The translations under genes were made by a program, and so were the position numbers. A stretch of DNA of 64,000 nt from Amoebophrya sp. A120 (Eukaryota; Protista; Dinoflagellata): positions 9,245,979 through 9,309,978 of the forward strand of contig CAJINV010000003.1 of NCBI GenBank assembly GCA_905178155.1. Direction: 5' to 3'. The notes beneath the pieces are model-generated. The model was not told the DNA's origin. It made no database searches and saw nothing but the letters and a program-made list of their open reading frames with translations. Within the stretch, counting starts at the first letter, position 1, and each line of letters starts with the position of its first letter. Of the stretch, positions 12,701-25,130 are shown in pieces.

Positions 12701-15700
12701 ACCGTTCCGCCCCTCGACTCCGAGATCGGGATTTGTGGCAGCGGCAGGCGGATCCTTGGCCGGATCAAAACGCGGACAGAAGGGACGCCGGGGGCTCGCG
12801 ACATGGCCGCAGCCGTATTTTTGCTTCAAGGCTGCGTCAATTTTCGCATTGATCTCTTGTATGGAAGCGTCAGGATTGAAATCGACAAAGTTGTAATGCA
12901 TGAAATCGATACCAGTTGGAAGCTCAGTTTCCAAGCGGTGCATGACAAATTTCGGCACCGTCTAAATCTAGTCTGTCATGCTGTTTAGGGACAGGAGGCG
13001 TCTTTTATCGTGCTACTTTAGCAGCTCTATCTCAGACCCCAAACAGGCTGACAGTCAGCCTCACTTGCCATCCCTGCAAGAGAGGCACTTCATGCCTTGC
13101 AATTTATGCATGAGAAATTATTTCAACTGTGACGATTTCAATCCTGACAGTTCCATATCTTGTTCGATCGTCGTATCCCAGGAACCCCCGACCAGGGATG
13201 TGGCGGTGGCGACGTATCAAATGTAAAAATGTCTGGGTCTGGAAGAGTCATGCTGTTTTTGCATGACACAGAAGGTCTGGCATGGAAGCTCTAGCATTAC
13301 AGGTTTCGAGAAGCTTCCGCAATGTCGAATCCGCATGACAAATCCCCCACTTTGGTGACAGAAAGTGGGCAGCTTCTGCTACCCATGCATGAGAGATTTT
13401 TCTGTGTTCTGAAATGTGCATTACAAGTTCGGATTCTTCCAGACCCAGACACTTTTACATATGATACGACGCCCAGATCCACAACTTCTTGGAAGTTAAA
13501 CACCATGATGTCTCGCGGAACTTCCGGGAGAACGCGCGTCAATTCTTGCAGAGGATCCGTCGTACCGCCCACATTCCACGTGCAGGTGAAAAGCGTGAAA
13601 TTGCCGACGTGTAGCTTCTTACGGTGCTCTCGTGATACCAAAAGTAGCGTCAGAGCGGTGCCAGTGAGCTGACGGCAGCTTTCTTGTCTGGGTGTGGCGG
13701 GCCGCCGCGCCGGCGAAACAACAAGACCAGTGGCCTCGCAGTGCCGTGCGTTGTGCCACTGCTGGGCATCATAGACTGCGCTCTTTTTTTTTTAAGTAAT
13801 TAAAGGTGTGTAGCGGCCGCTCAAACTCGTGCCGGAAAGTCGCAAGCTTCTTGCAATCAAAAAACCAAGGCCGGTCCGCTCGCTGTGCCCGGCCCCCGGA
13901 CCTTCACCAGGGCCGAGCCTTTTGACGCCCGGCCCCGGAGAATCGACATCGGCGGGCGCCACAGTACACGGGCGGGCTTTCAGTTTTTCGCCTTTGCGGA
14001 CATTTTCATACGTTTTCATGTTTTTCGCTCCCGCTTTTTACAATCTATCACAAGCGCCACCGCTCCTTTTCCTTTCCTATCTTTCCAACTTGTTTCCGGA
14101 CAATAACTGGCCGACTCACGATTCGGGTGGCCGCATTTCCGGCCCTCAAATGTGAGCACAAGTGATGCCCTCACCATCCAACGACCTCACTTTTTCCTTA
14201 CTTTCCGCTGTTGCTTTTTTGGCGTCTCCGTTTTCGCGTGCAAAAACTAAATCGCGAGAATCCGCACGTCGCAGCGGCGCTACTTTCGCCCGCTCCCCAC
14301 CTGCGTCGTTCTTTAAACTGACGGCACTGGACAGAATCCAGGTGGGCTTATTTGACGCAAAAAACCAAGTGAGCCGATCAGACTCAGAGTTAGAAAGTGA
14401 CAACAATATTTTTGCATGTGTCAAAAATAAAAGCCTCCGGATCGCTCCAAAATTGCCGGTAGGGTTTCTACTTGCTGCATGTCAAGAAAGCCGCCAGGTT
14501 AGAACACTCGCGAGGACCTCACTCCATACAATATTCTGAAAGCGTTCGGAAAGCGGTGGGCTACGCAGCAAAGCGTCGAGACACTCTTGTCGTGTCGCAT
14601 CTTCCACTAACGCGTTGTATTTGCGCGCGACGGACCTCCAGGCGAATTCGTAGTGCGAGTGCTTGCCCTCCCGCAGGAACGTAGAATAGATGGAGGCCAC
14701 GCCAGTTGTCTGCTCGCTAACTTGATCGCCAGCATCCGCCCACAGGACTTGCAAACCCCCTCGAACGCGCTGCTCGTCGCCGGGCACTAGCAGGCCAGTC
14801 CCGATGCCTACCGTAGCCTCCGCCGAGCTCCTCATCGCGTCGTGCGAATGCCGCTGCGGGTCCCTGAAACTTGCCTCCCCACCTGCTCCATTGTATCCTT
14901 CGCCCGTTCCGCCACTTTCTTTTTCCGCTGCGTGCGACGAGGTAGAAAAGTAGTCAAAAAAACTCTGCCCCCACCCCGGCGCGTCGGCTTCCGGCATCTG
15001 TTTTTCCAGTTGCTGTGACGTCGACTTGGAAGTAGGCAGGGTGGGCACGGGACCACCAAAAAGACGTGTGGGAACCGCGGCACCGACGGCGGCTCTGGAG
15101 GCGGAGGCGCTCTGCTCCGCGCCGTTCGGACATGAACCGTCGTCGTTCTTGACTTGTTTTGGCTCTATTCCTGCGATGAAATCGTGAATGCTTTGCCTCG
15201 TATTTGCTTTTCCAACGCTCCGGGAAGGAGCCGCGGCAGAGCACTTAGGGGATCGTGGGGTTTGCGACGACGAGGCATGATGTGGCTGAGCCACAATCTC
15301 GATCGGCCCGACGCTCGTTAGTGCATCCGGACGCGAGAGCGCATGGCCGCCCTTTATTTTATTTGTGGGGGATGCAGCACTACTCGGCGACTTTCCTGCT
15401 GCGCGGCGCTTTTCCTCGGCAAGAAAAACCTGCTGCACGAACCACCAACAAAAACCAAACTGCATCAGGTTTGTGCGATCCAGGCAATCCATGCAATTCG
15501 TGCGCACGACGCCCGACTGCCGAGTCCTCCACACGCACGGATGTGGTTGTACTGGACTTTCTCCAGCACTTCCGCACGCGTCGCCCGGCTCGTGCGCTTC
15601 ATGATCGGAGGTCCGTCCATGCACTACGTCCTGTGCGCCGCGGCGTCCTGATTCGCCAGCACTTCTATCAAACGTCGTCTGGTGTGTCAGCACCGCCACT

Positions 15701-18700
15701 TGGTGCTCGGGCAAACCGTCACAGCTCGCGAACCCGTACTCTTCGAGTTCCGGCCGCCACTTGTCCATATCAAGTGCAAAAGTGTCTGGGTCTGGAAGAT
15801 TCCGAGATTTGTCATGCATATTTCTCATGACCCATGATGCCTGTGGTGCATGATCTAGCATCACAGACTTTTAGAGGGCTTCCTGATGCAACTTCCGCAT
15901 GAGAAATGCCCTGTCCGTGTAGCACAAACTGTACCCCTCTTGCTGGTCACGCAATACAAATTTTTTTGGAGTCCAAAGTTAGCATCACAAATTCCAACCT
16001 TCCAGACCCAGACATTTTTACATTTGATAGTCCACCTCTGCAAACAATTCCTCCACACTCGTAAGTCCCTTGTGGTTGCAGGATCGTGTGTAGAACTGCT
16101 TCCGCCCCATACTCAAAAAAAACATGATGCCTATGGTGCGTGTTCTGCTTTACACGTCAGAAACTCGTCCGGGGATCTGCATAGCACAAGTTTGTGCTCT
16201 ACTGACTAGGCATACGTATGCAGAAATTGCATGACAAGCACAACAAGTAAGGGGTGGCGGGGAAGTTTTCAAACAGCGTACGAAGTCGAAGTGCTTCAGC
16301 AGAAGGCAGCGACGCGCCCCAGCGGCTGCCCCTGATATTGCACCGTAGTCATCGGGCCCATTCGCGCGCGCGCTGCTCGAGGGGGACCCGCCCGAGGACG
16401 GAGACGAGCTCCCGAGCTGCTCCATCCGGAGCGGCGCCACGCCGCCCGTTTTTCCGGTGCAGTGCGTGGTGGTCTTGTCGTGTCCTCGCGTGGTCGCGGA
16501 AACGCCGTCCACCGCGTGCAGCCGCAATTCGGCGGCGCGCCCGCTATCCTGAGCCGCCGTCGTTCGTGGTGGCGTCACCGTGACGTCGCTGCCCCTTGGT
16601 GGAACACCACGGTCTGTGCCTGCGGGTCCCTGGGCGTCGGAGTGAACAGCTACTGAGACCGCGTCGGATGTACGGAGGAGCTCCGCATCTTTGGGAGCGG
16701 TTGTTGTAGAAGAGGGTGTGGTCGTGCCAACGGCTGTGTTGAGACTGTCTTCTCCTCCTGGCACGACCCCAGAAATGTTGCTGCACGCAGGTGAAGGGAC
16801 CACCGCACCAGCAGAGCTGCTGACGGAAACTGATGCAGCGACAGCCCCACAGTTGTTCTTGAGGCCCTTAGTACTCAACCGCGGCAGCTTCGAAGCCACG
16901 GCACGGCTATCGCGATGCCGAACTTCGCGTAGGTACTCCTGCACTTGCTCCTGCAAGGAGTCGACTAGCATTTGCTCTCCTGCTTTTTTGTCCTATTACA
17001 ATGAAAAATGCCCCCACCCCCGAACTTGGAAGCATTTGTATTGCAAACCTTTCCAAATGAAACATTCGCCCTCTTGCATCTATCAGCATTACAGGTTTCC
17101 AGTCGTGAATAGCGAAAATTTGTATTGCAAAAGACCCCAGCAAGAGCGGCGCTTGTCATGCAGGCAGCGCGATACACGCCTAGACTCTGCATCAGAAAGA
17201 TAAGACTCGTACTCCTTTCATGCATGACAAAAAGTTTTCATTTGGAAACTTCGCATCACAAATTCTTGCAATTTTAGGGGTGGGGGCATTTTTCACTGTA
17301 ATATGTCCGACAGCAAGTTCACGTACATCACGCAACCATACATCCTCTCCAGGCCTTCCTGGTGCTTTCGGAATCCCTCCTTTGCAAACTGCGGATGCGC
17401 GCCATCAAGAGGAAGAATCCCCGCTTCCAGTGGTTCAACATCCACGTGCTTTGCTTTCTTTCTATCGATATCGTGTGCACACGACCCAGCACCATTGTCC
17501 TCACATGTGTACATACATTCCTTCGGAGATACCGGGCGAAGGCCCTCTATTGTTCGGCGCCCCAAAACGAGCACCAGCAGGGAGGTGATAGTACCTCTAT
17601 TTGTCTAGGTGCTAGCTATGGACGCGCTCGACGCCTCTTCTGGTGCCGTAGACCAAACAGCAGTATTCAAGATGGAGCACCGGCGGTAGGATGCGATAGA
17701 AAGCTCTCGATCATTATTTGAAGAGCGCCTTCTGGTCTTCGCAATTTGCGTATACAACTAAACGCATGAGAATCACAGATCTCCTTTGGAACATGGAGAG
17801 CGGGATAAATTTTTCCTGATGATACTCACGGGTCAGCTCCGGAATTCCCATTGCATTTTGCTCCCAGAACAGCGGCACCGATCCCCGTATTTGTATAAAG
17901 CTGTATTGCGTGAACAATGTCGCTGCACCAGCCGTCGTGGCCGAGGGCGTTGTACTAGCAGCAATCGACAAAGATGCAGCGGTCCTGGTGAGCTGTGCGA
18001 GCTGTTCCAATTCGCAGAAGTTAGCAACGTCCCCCGCGTCGTCCATGCCTCGACATGCATACCGAGTGCCAACCCGGCGACAAGAGCGTCGCACGATCAA
18101 CAAGAGCCGGACTGAGGCGGACGAAGGGACTGGACGGCCGGAGCATCCGCTAGCGGGGTCGCTGGCGCTACCCGACGTCGCCATTTCGCAGCCTCTATGG
18201 CCGTTCGTAGCCTTGACATTTTTTTCCTCCCGTGCTGTTGACCCAGTACAATCTGTTGCAGCGCTAGTCGCCTTTCCGCAGGACGCAGGAAAGAAAGTGG
18301 TCGGCTCTCTCACCAGCCCACTAGTAGGAGACTGCAATCCCTGAGGCAACGTAACGTCTTGGTTCGTCCCCAAATTCGGTTGGCTGGGACGGTTGCCTTT
18401 GGCGTACACTCTGTGCGTGCCGGCGTCTTGAGGCACGACGTTGCCTGAGTTTTCTCCCTTTGCGACTGCTCGTCCAGTTCGCGAGGACATACGCTCGGCT
18501 CGCTCGTGGGTGGCACGGTTGTAATCCGCCGGCGACAGAAAAGACACATCATCTATCGCACGCTCCCCGACAAATCCCTGCATAAGCACAGAGAGCCACG
18601 CCTGCGTTCGTGTGTCCTGATGAAGAAAAATCCGTGCCATCTCGTGGTTCCAGACAAACCGTACGTCCGCTGTTTCGAAAAGAAAGTGCTGTGTGTTCTC

Positions 18701-19684
18701 GTAGGAAGCTGACAGTCGCCCACTAGCGGCACGGGGGATTCCGCCTGGGCCTACCGAAATCGGTTTTGCAGGAGGTTCCTGCTGCCGCGCTGCCGGTCCT
18801 ACTACACATGGGCCTCGTTGGTTAGCGGCATCCGCAGTTCCAGTTCCCGTCCCCGACTGCATTTTGACTTCAGTGTTAGCCGCCGAAAGAGAGGAGCTCA
18901 CCGATACGGGCGCGCCGCACCCATCTCGGAGGTGCGAGCGAGTCGAACTAGGCGTACTACGGAGCGCACCCGGCGCAGTCGTTGCGGACGAGTTGTTGTA
19001 CATGGCCAACTTGCGCTGCAGTGTGCGAGTGAGGTCGATCTCGTTGCTGAAGTAGAACCCGGAAGATTGCAGGAGGCGCTCCAGACCCTGGATTTTTTGT
19101 GCGTGTACAGTACTCGTACTATTTTGCGCACTGTTAATGGGCAGTAACTCCACCTGGGCGACCCGGAATATTTTTCCGTACGAAGGGCTCCGGTTGCAGC
19201 CGCCGGCATGGTCGGGTGCGGCCCAGTGGTCACTCGTTGCAGAAGAGCCGGGAAAGAAACTGAACGGGCGCGACGAGGGCCGATCGTCGACGTGCTCGCG
19301 CTGCTTCTTGCTGGTCGTGCCGGCGCCCGAGAAAAAGGGGTACGCGCCCTCAGGGTACAGGTCCAACACTTCAGTGGCCTTGCTGCAGTACAGGAGGTAA
19401 TGCATGCGCTTTTCGAGCGACAGGATTCCAAACAACGCCAAACAGCTCCTCGGAGGGTGTTTTGTCGTGTTACGCTGAAGCCCGAGGGGGGTCTCGTGCA
19501 GCAACGGCATGGAATGCAAATAGTACTCCGATCGGGATGTGAAAAGATGTAGACTCCTTGAAATTCTTGTGCTCGGCGGGCAGTCGCAGCCTGAGCTCTG
19601 CAAAAATGCCCGGCGCAGAAGCACGCCCCTTTTTTGCTCGTCATGGTCGTCTTTCAAACTCACTATGCTTTCTTGGTTGAGCAC
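9768..19684 (-). CDS. Synaptojanin-like phosphoinositide phosphatase (SAC1 domain + inositol polyphosphate 5-phosphatase), multi-exon
   Basis: SAC motifs RRSCRRVGTRY, ANFCELEQ, QIRGSVPLFWEQ, VNLLSDKKAGEQ (after splicing) and catalytic RTNCMDCLDRTN (CX5RT). 5-phosphatase motifs TWNVGG, FQEVVDL, GNKGAV, FANVHL, GDFNFRL, FPPTY, PAWCDRILF, GSDHRPV, in the expected order. Ends approximate. Confidence 0.9.
9899..10089. mobile_element. TIR introner (family D), non-canonical intron
   Basis: TIR TATCCAGAAAAAAAAGTGTGTAAGTGTAA vs TATGCAAGAAAAAAACTGTGTAAGTGTAA; TSD TCCAT (9894-9898, 10090-10094); removal reads EEHG-ELSG. Confidence 0.88.
10138..10685. mobile_element. TIR introner (family A, TGTCTGGGTCTGGAA), non-canonical intron
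   Basis: TIR TATnAAnTGCAAATATGTCTGGGTCTGGAA; TSD AGGTA (10133-10137, 10686-10690); removal reads SDHRPVVLDYL-EGVLLEF. Confidence 0.92.
11425..11577 (-). other. Probable canonical GT-AG intron
   Basis: G|GTAAGC donor and TCTGCAG| acceptor join ORFs 11489-12037 and 10595-11461 in frame (NEK-ASMLSLQ). Confidence 0.6.
12045..12351. mobile_element. TIR introner (family C, GAAAAAnGCCCCCnCCCC), non-canonical intron
   Basis: ~40-bp TIR; TSD GCTGG (12040-12044, 12352-12356); removal reads GNKGAVVLNFQL-LDTTLCFANVHL. Confidence 0.92.
12860..13157. mobile_element. TIR introner (family B, TATGGAAnnGTCAGGATTGAAATCG), non-canonical intron
   Basis: TSD TCTTG (12855-12859, 13158-13162); removal reads TTIEQE-INAKIDAAL. 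Confidence 0.92.
13215..13466. mobile_element. TIR introner (family A), non-canonical intron
   Basis: TIR TATCAnATGTAAAAnTGTCTGGGTCTGGAAGA; TSD CGACG (13210-13214, 13467-13471); removal reads QEVVDLGV-ATATSLVGG. Confidence 0.92.
15768..16029. mobile_element. TIR introner (family A), non-canonical intron
   Basis: TSD GTCCA (15763-15767, 16030-16034); removal reads EELFAEVD-KWRPELEEYGF. Confidence 0.92.
16994..17303. mobile_element. TIR introner (family C), non-canonical intron
   Basis: TIR TATTACARTGAAAAATGCCCCCACCCC; TSD TGTCC (16989-16993, 17304-17308); removal reads VNLLSD-KKAGEQML. Confidence 0.92.
17403..17824. mobile_element. Decayed TIR introner
   Basis: Imperfect IR (CATCAAGAGGAAGAATCCCCGCT vs TATCATCAGGAAAAATTTATCCCGCT); flanks CGCGC/CTCAC match 3/5; removal +5 nt reads ELTR-(A/E)HPQFAKEGFRKH. 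Confidence 0.6.
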
Positions 19685-22600
19685 AAACTAACGCAACGTT
19701 TGCCGGCACGCAAGCATACTTGTTGCCTCTGATGCATTGAAACAAACCTGCTCGAGCTATTTGCACTCGATACCCTCCATTCTACAGCTACGGCGGCAGA
19801 TCTGCAGAAACGCGCTCTTCGGTTCGTCCTCTGCTCCATCACGGAGGGCGCGCTCCCGGCGTTCGACGAACAAGTGGGCGCATCATATGCAAAACGTACC
19901 ATGAACCTGTGCGTCCCGGCCGCTATGAATTTCGGCACTAGAGGTCTTTTGTTCACCGAGGTTCGCGCGGTCATACATATTCATGCGCAGTGGCAGTGGG
20001 CGGTCAATGTTACTTCATTATGAAAGCTATTTCGAGGATAGCGGCCACGCTTCGCGAGCACATGATCCCCTCCCTACAAGGGCTGCGTAGGAAGAGGCAA
20101 CAAACCTAAAAAACGGGATAGCACGACCCCGTTGTTTACATTCCGCAGATATTGAACATTTTTGAGTAGTTTCAGGTATGACTTTCCTGCGTGTGTAGAA
20201 GAGCTTGGCTAAAATCAAAAAAACTGCCAAAATCCATACAAGATCAAAATGGTGACTAGTACGTGTACGCTCCTTCTTGTGCTTGTGATAGCCCGTCTGT
20301 GACATGAATGTGTAGCGACTGTTCGGTTGCGCCACGCATCCACTCGAAACGAAGGAGAATTGATGTCCTAAGACACCGCTTTACGCATCCGCTCCGTCCC
20401 TGCAGACTCCGCCTCGGTTAGGCATCCATTCGTTCCCTCACCGTCCTAGTTCTCGTCGAGGTAAAAAAGCAATAACATGCGCTGGCCACGCTGCCACCAT
20501 CATGTACGGGATGAAGCCAACCCCTTCACACAGCATCAGACCGGGTGCTGCAAGTCAGCGTCTTCGTCTCAGAGCAAACGTCGCCCAGAATGAAGATGTG
20601 GCGCGCAGAAGACCTCAGGTCGGTCGCGCGCGGCTGCTGTCTGCGCAGACTTACGGCAGAAGTGCTGCTCTCTCTTTCCAAGCTTTGCCCTTCTTCATGC
20701 CAAGCTCTCGCTGATGATGTCCAGCTGTGACTTTGCGTGGCAGTATTTGGCGTGGCTACGCGCTGCCAACATGGTGTTGAGTCGCGGCAGCGGCAGGCTG
20801 TACTCGAGACATAAACAAGCAGGGGCTGTGGACATGGGGACTCTGCCCCGAGAGTTTTGCCGCACGTCGTGTCACTGCCATGATTTGCCTGATGAGTTCC
20901 GCTTTCTTGCACTCTAAGAGCAATCAATCGCTCACGGTCACGCTGCAAACAAATTCAGTGGATTAACAGACTATGAGAGCCACTGCAGGCTTCTCATCCG
21001 ACTTCTATACTTGGCCAGTTGCGGACACATAGTTAGCGCAGCGTCCTCAGGAACGTCTTAGGACAGTAACCATAGCATAGCTTATCATGGGAATTGGCTG
21101 GCTGGCGCTTCTGCCTTCTGGTGAAGATCGCAATCTTCGAAGTAGAGCTGGCATTACTAAATACACGTGAGCAGAGAAAACTCACCCGAAAGTGTCGGAC
21201 TACGGTCTCTGCCTCTCCGGAGCAGGAGATTTTGGCATCCTGGAAAACGGAAACGCACAGCGCATGTGGTCATGGTTGCAGCGCCACAAACCTTCCTCGG
21301 TGTATAGCTCGATCAGCCTGGTGCTGGCTTATTCTTCTGCATTTTCTCAATTCCAGTTAATACGGTTTACATTTTCATTTATGTTTATCGGTCATAACTT
21401 TTGAAAGTGACAGACACTTCAAACGACGAAGCAGAAAACATATCGCGCGAGTCTGATGCGGAGGTAGCTCGTGATGGTGATAGCTCAGAGGTGAGGTCAA
21501 AAGCCCTCGTACAGATTCATCATGAGGTCAAAAATCATCTGAATTTGTTGTCTACAAGTACTATGGAACGAGCTCGCTGGTTCTTGCTCGTGCAGAAGTG
21601 GTACTAACGGACCGCGCCTTTCCAGGTGCTGTCGTCTGACAACAACAGACGGAAAGAAAATGAATGCACGCAGCAGCAGCACACGAAGGCTCAGACCAGC
21701 ACTTCTAACCGATCGCGAAGTATCTAGGAAGCGGCGACTGCAAGTCGTGCGTATCTTCATCTTGACGAGAATTGCATAGCGCGCTCTTCCGTTCTTTTTA
21801 ATGCAAAAATCGAAAGACAGGATCAGGAAAAGGAAAACAAGCGTAGAAATACCAGCCACGGCCCCGCCAACTACGCGATGAATCCACAAAGTGAAAGTAG
21901 AATCTAACGCAACGCCTACCAGAAGACCGATAGTATTTCATTGGGTTTTATTTGGCCGATTATCTTCTAACACTAATGCAAGTCAGGCCGCGTTGCCCTA
22001 CGGAACTTTCCTTCTCGCTCAGACCGTCTCCATCTCGGTGAATATAACATGGTAGTGAAGAAGATATAGCAAGTACTACGGCAAAAAAATGCTTTACGGA
22101 CCGAACGAAAGAATCCGCACAAGAGCTGACGCTGTGGTGGATTCTTTGCTCGTCACTGCGGGGTTGCAGTTATTTCCCAACAATTACAGTTGCTTATTTT
22201 GGATTTTTTGGGAGGAGTAAATATCTAAAAAAGTTATCAGTGTGTCTGCTGGCTTTCAACCACAGGAAAGTCCATCGCATGTGTGCGCATGCAAGGAAAG
22301 TCTCGCGCTTGTTCGCTTTATATCCATTCATGTGCTTCACTTCTAGAAGGTGAAGCCATGTGCTTTATGTAAAAATATCAAAGAGAAGTAAAGTAAGTAA
22401 AAATATACAATAAACAAAAGTCGTTTCAACAATATTCAACAAATCTTGCTCAAGCTTGTAGTTTAGAATCTGTATCTATATTCTCGATGTCATTGGTGCA
22501 TTCGGTTGGGAAGTGGCGGATCCTGCTCGTGCTGGTCTTCACAATCCATGATGCTGCATGATGCTGGAAAAGACGCCCCGTCTCGTAGCCTGCACATTGA

Positions 22601-23059
22601 GAGAGTGCGTGGCACTTTGATCCAACAAGAACGAATCTCTACGCGGAGTCTCTCAGTGTCAGTAGTGGTGCTCAGGCCCCCGCATTATACTGTTGTGCAC
22701 AATATCAAACGCAAGTGGTGCTCCTGCAGCATGACGCTTCAAGACTAGTCCTGGCGATGCCCAACGTCGAGCCTTTCGACGAGCCTACTGATTCAACTCA
22801 ATTAGTAGTCTTGTCATCAGAACAGATGAAAGACACTCCCGACAAAGGCAAAAGTAGAAGGCTTGCCAGAGAAAGTGGACGCGGCCAGTAGCAGACTCGC
22901 TGTGCCACAGATGCAGCGCAACATATTACTGGACTTCTACTTCTTTATCCCACACCGACACCACCCGCACTGATTATAGTATTATTACAAAGTGAGACTA
23001 TTTTTCCGCGGCGCTGGTTACAAGAGCTGGAAAGACGGGCGAGCGTGCACGTCGTTTGT

Positions 23060-25130
23060 TCAGGATATGGACATCTCTGGACTACTCTGGTTCGCAGCGA
23101 GGGGGAGGGCGCTCCCGTTCGCCGCGAGGGGGAGGGTGCTCCTGAGAGCGGCAGCGATCTCCTTGTGACGGCGGTCGTCGGTCCGGTGCATCGTCTGATT
23201 CGTAGAAGGATCCTCTTGTAACGGCAGGCCCTCGGGAAGCCCCTCGTCGCCAGACGCCGAGGTCGTAATGTTTGCTGTGCTGTTGGCAGGCGAGTGCTGC
23301 CGAGCAGTAGAGGACCCGGGGTGGCTATTCCTCAAAGTCGTCCCCCGACTCGACGGAGCCCGAGTACCCACGGCACCCGCTTGCTGTTGTTCTACTATCT
23401 TCCTAGCGCAGTCGTAGCCTGAGGGACTCAGCGGCCCTCGCTCGGTCTGAGCAGGATCTTTACCGCTAAGGAGCAAGTACCTCATCCAAACCTATGCAGA
23501 TAAAGCGTACCCCGGCCTCAACATACGCAATGCACTATCATGAATGTTCTTTCCATTGCAGCAAAGCTCCCAGTGCGCGCTGATCATCACGTACTGAATT
23601 TATTTCCGGAGATCGTCGCAATGCCGTCGCGCATTTTGTTCGAATAGCAGGGGCCGGCACGAACAAGATCACGATACTTATAGCAAGGCATGCCGCATGC
23701 GACGACTTGCAACGATCATACAGTTCTCATGTGAAACTGAAGCCTCCGTGCCTTGGTAAACGGATTGCAACCCTAAAGGCAACCCATAACAAGGGTTTTG
23801 CGTTGCATTGACAGAATGCGACGTGTTTTGCTGCAGAACGTCGGCCCGCAAGGCGGAACCAATACTGCAAACCACATCTCGTCTACCATATCTATTTGTA
23901 AGAACACATTCGAAACATCTTCAAGTGTCATACATGCAAGAAGGAAAAAGGAAATGCTTCCGTTGAGGAAAACCGCAAGGCCCTGGGAAGTGCTTTGTAG
24001 GGGCGGGAAGGGGCACGCTTTTTCGTATGATAAGAACTGCTCGTGATTGAGCAACCGATAATCAAGCGTCTTCAGCGCCCACCGTTGCACCTCCATCAGA
24101 TGCTTCTTAGGGTACACGGGGTACATGTCCTTCTTTTCCTTGTACTGGGACGGAATCCACCCTGCAAGTCGTTTTTGTTTTTCTTTATAATTTTGGCCAG
24201 GCCGACATCGAAGCAGTCCTCCAAGCAGCAGGCCAGCGCATCTCAAATCAAGAATTTAGTGGTATAGGTATTGAGAAAACAAAGGGACGACAAATAAAAA
24301 GACAAAAGGGAAAAACTATACGGAAGACGTAGTCGAACCACCACTTGAAATGACCCGGCTCGTCGAAGATGACAAGCGTGGCTATGCGAAGCAAGATCGT
24401 GAAGATCTTTCCGTTTGTATCACGTTCAAAATTGCCCCCACCACACTGCTACCCCTAAAGACAGCCCTCATGTCTGCTACTTCCGTGAAACTACACGCAG
24501 TGACTTAAAAATTGCTACCAGATACTGATTACTTAATCATCGAGGACAGGAGGCTTGCTTTGGTGAGTAGTTGAAGGAGACCTTTTTGCACAAGATAGAT
24601 TTCCGCATCATCCGCTGCAAATTTGCCCTTATTCTCTCGCATCCAAGCGTCGTAGTTGTTGTACGAGGCAGGCCTCGGCATTACGGGCTGGCCGCTTGCT
24701 ATCGCAACAAAAAACTGTTTCTCTGTAAACTTGTAATGCAGAAAATGTATCTGAGAAGTATTTGTCTTGCTACACATGCAAGACAATGGATTTTTAGCTG
24801 TGTTTTCTCTTAGGAATCTCGCATGGCAAATTTTCTCTATGATGTAGAACAAACTTGTGATGCAAAACTTGCAAAATCCTTACAGTGAAACACTTTTTTC
24901 GTGCGATACTTGCGTTCTTCTTGCGATTGAGTGGCGGCTTGGACCCCGTCGGGTTGTGATCTTGGTCGTACCGCCTATATTCATCCTCCCATCCGTAAAT
25001 GGCTGCTCGCTGGTCCATCACCCAGAGCTCCTCATCAACCGGAATTTTCTCTTCTGGGTCGATAGTATGTGGTGGCGTGGGTGTGTCCTTAGGCGCTTCG
25101 TCTATCCTACAGAAAAGCAGAGCTACTAGT
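23060..25130 (-). CDS. Hypothetical protein, multi-exon
   Basis: ORFs 24794-25021 and 24529-24852 join in frame across the 24700-24908 element; further exon-like ORFs at 23773-24246 and 23060-23485. No family recognised; ends approximate. Confidence 0.5.
24700..24908. mobile_element. TIR introner (family D-like), non-canonical intron
   Basis: TIR TATCGCAACAAAAAACTGTTTCTCTGTAA vs TATCGCACGAAAAAAGTGTTTCACTGTAA; TSD CTTGC (24695-24699, 24909-24913); removal reads RKKNAS-GQPVMP. Confidence 0.9.

Noticed and set aside
9768-19684. Pseudogene interpretation of the fragmented phosphatase ORFs
   Set aside because: Catalytic motifs are intact and breaks coincide with TIR/TSD elements or plausible introns.
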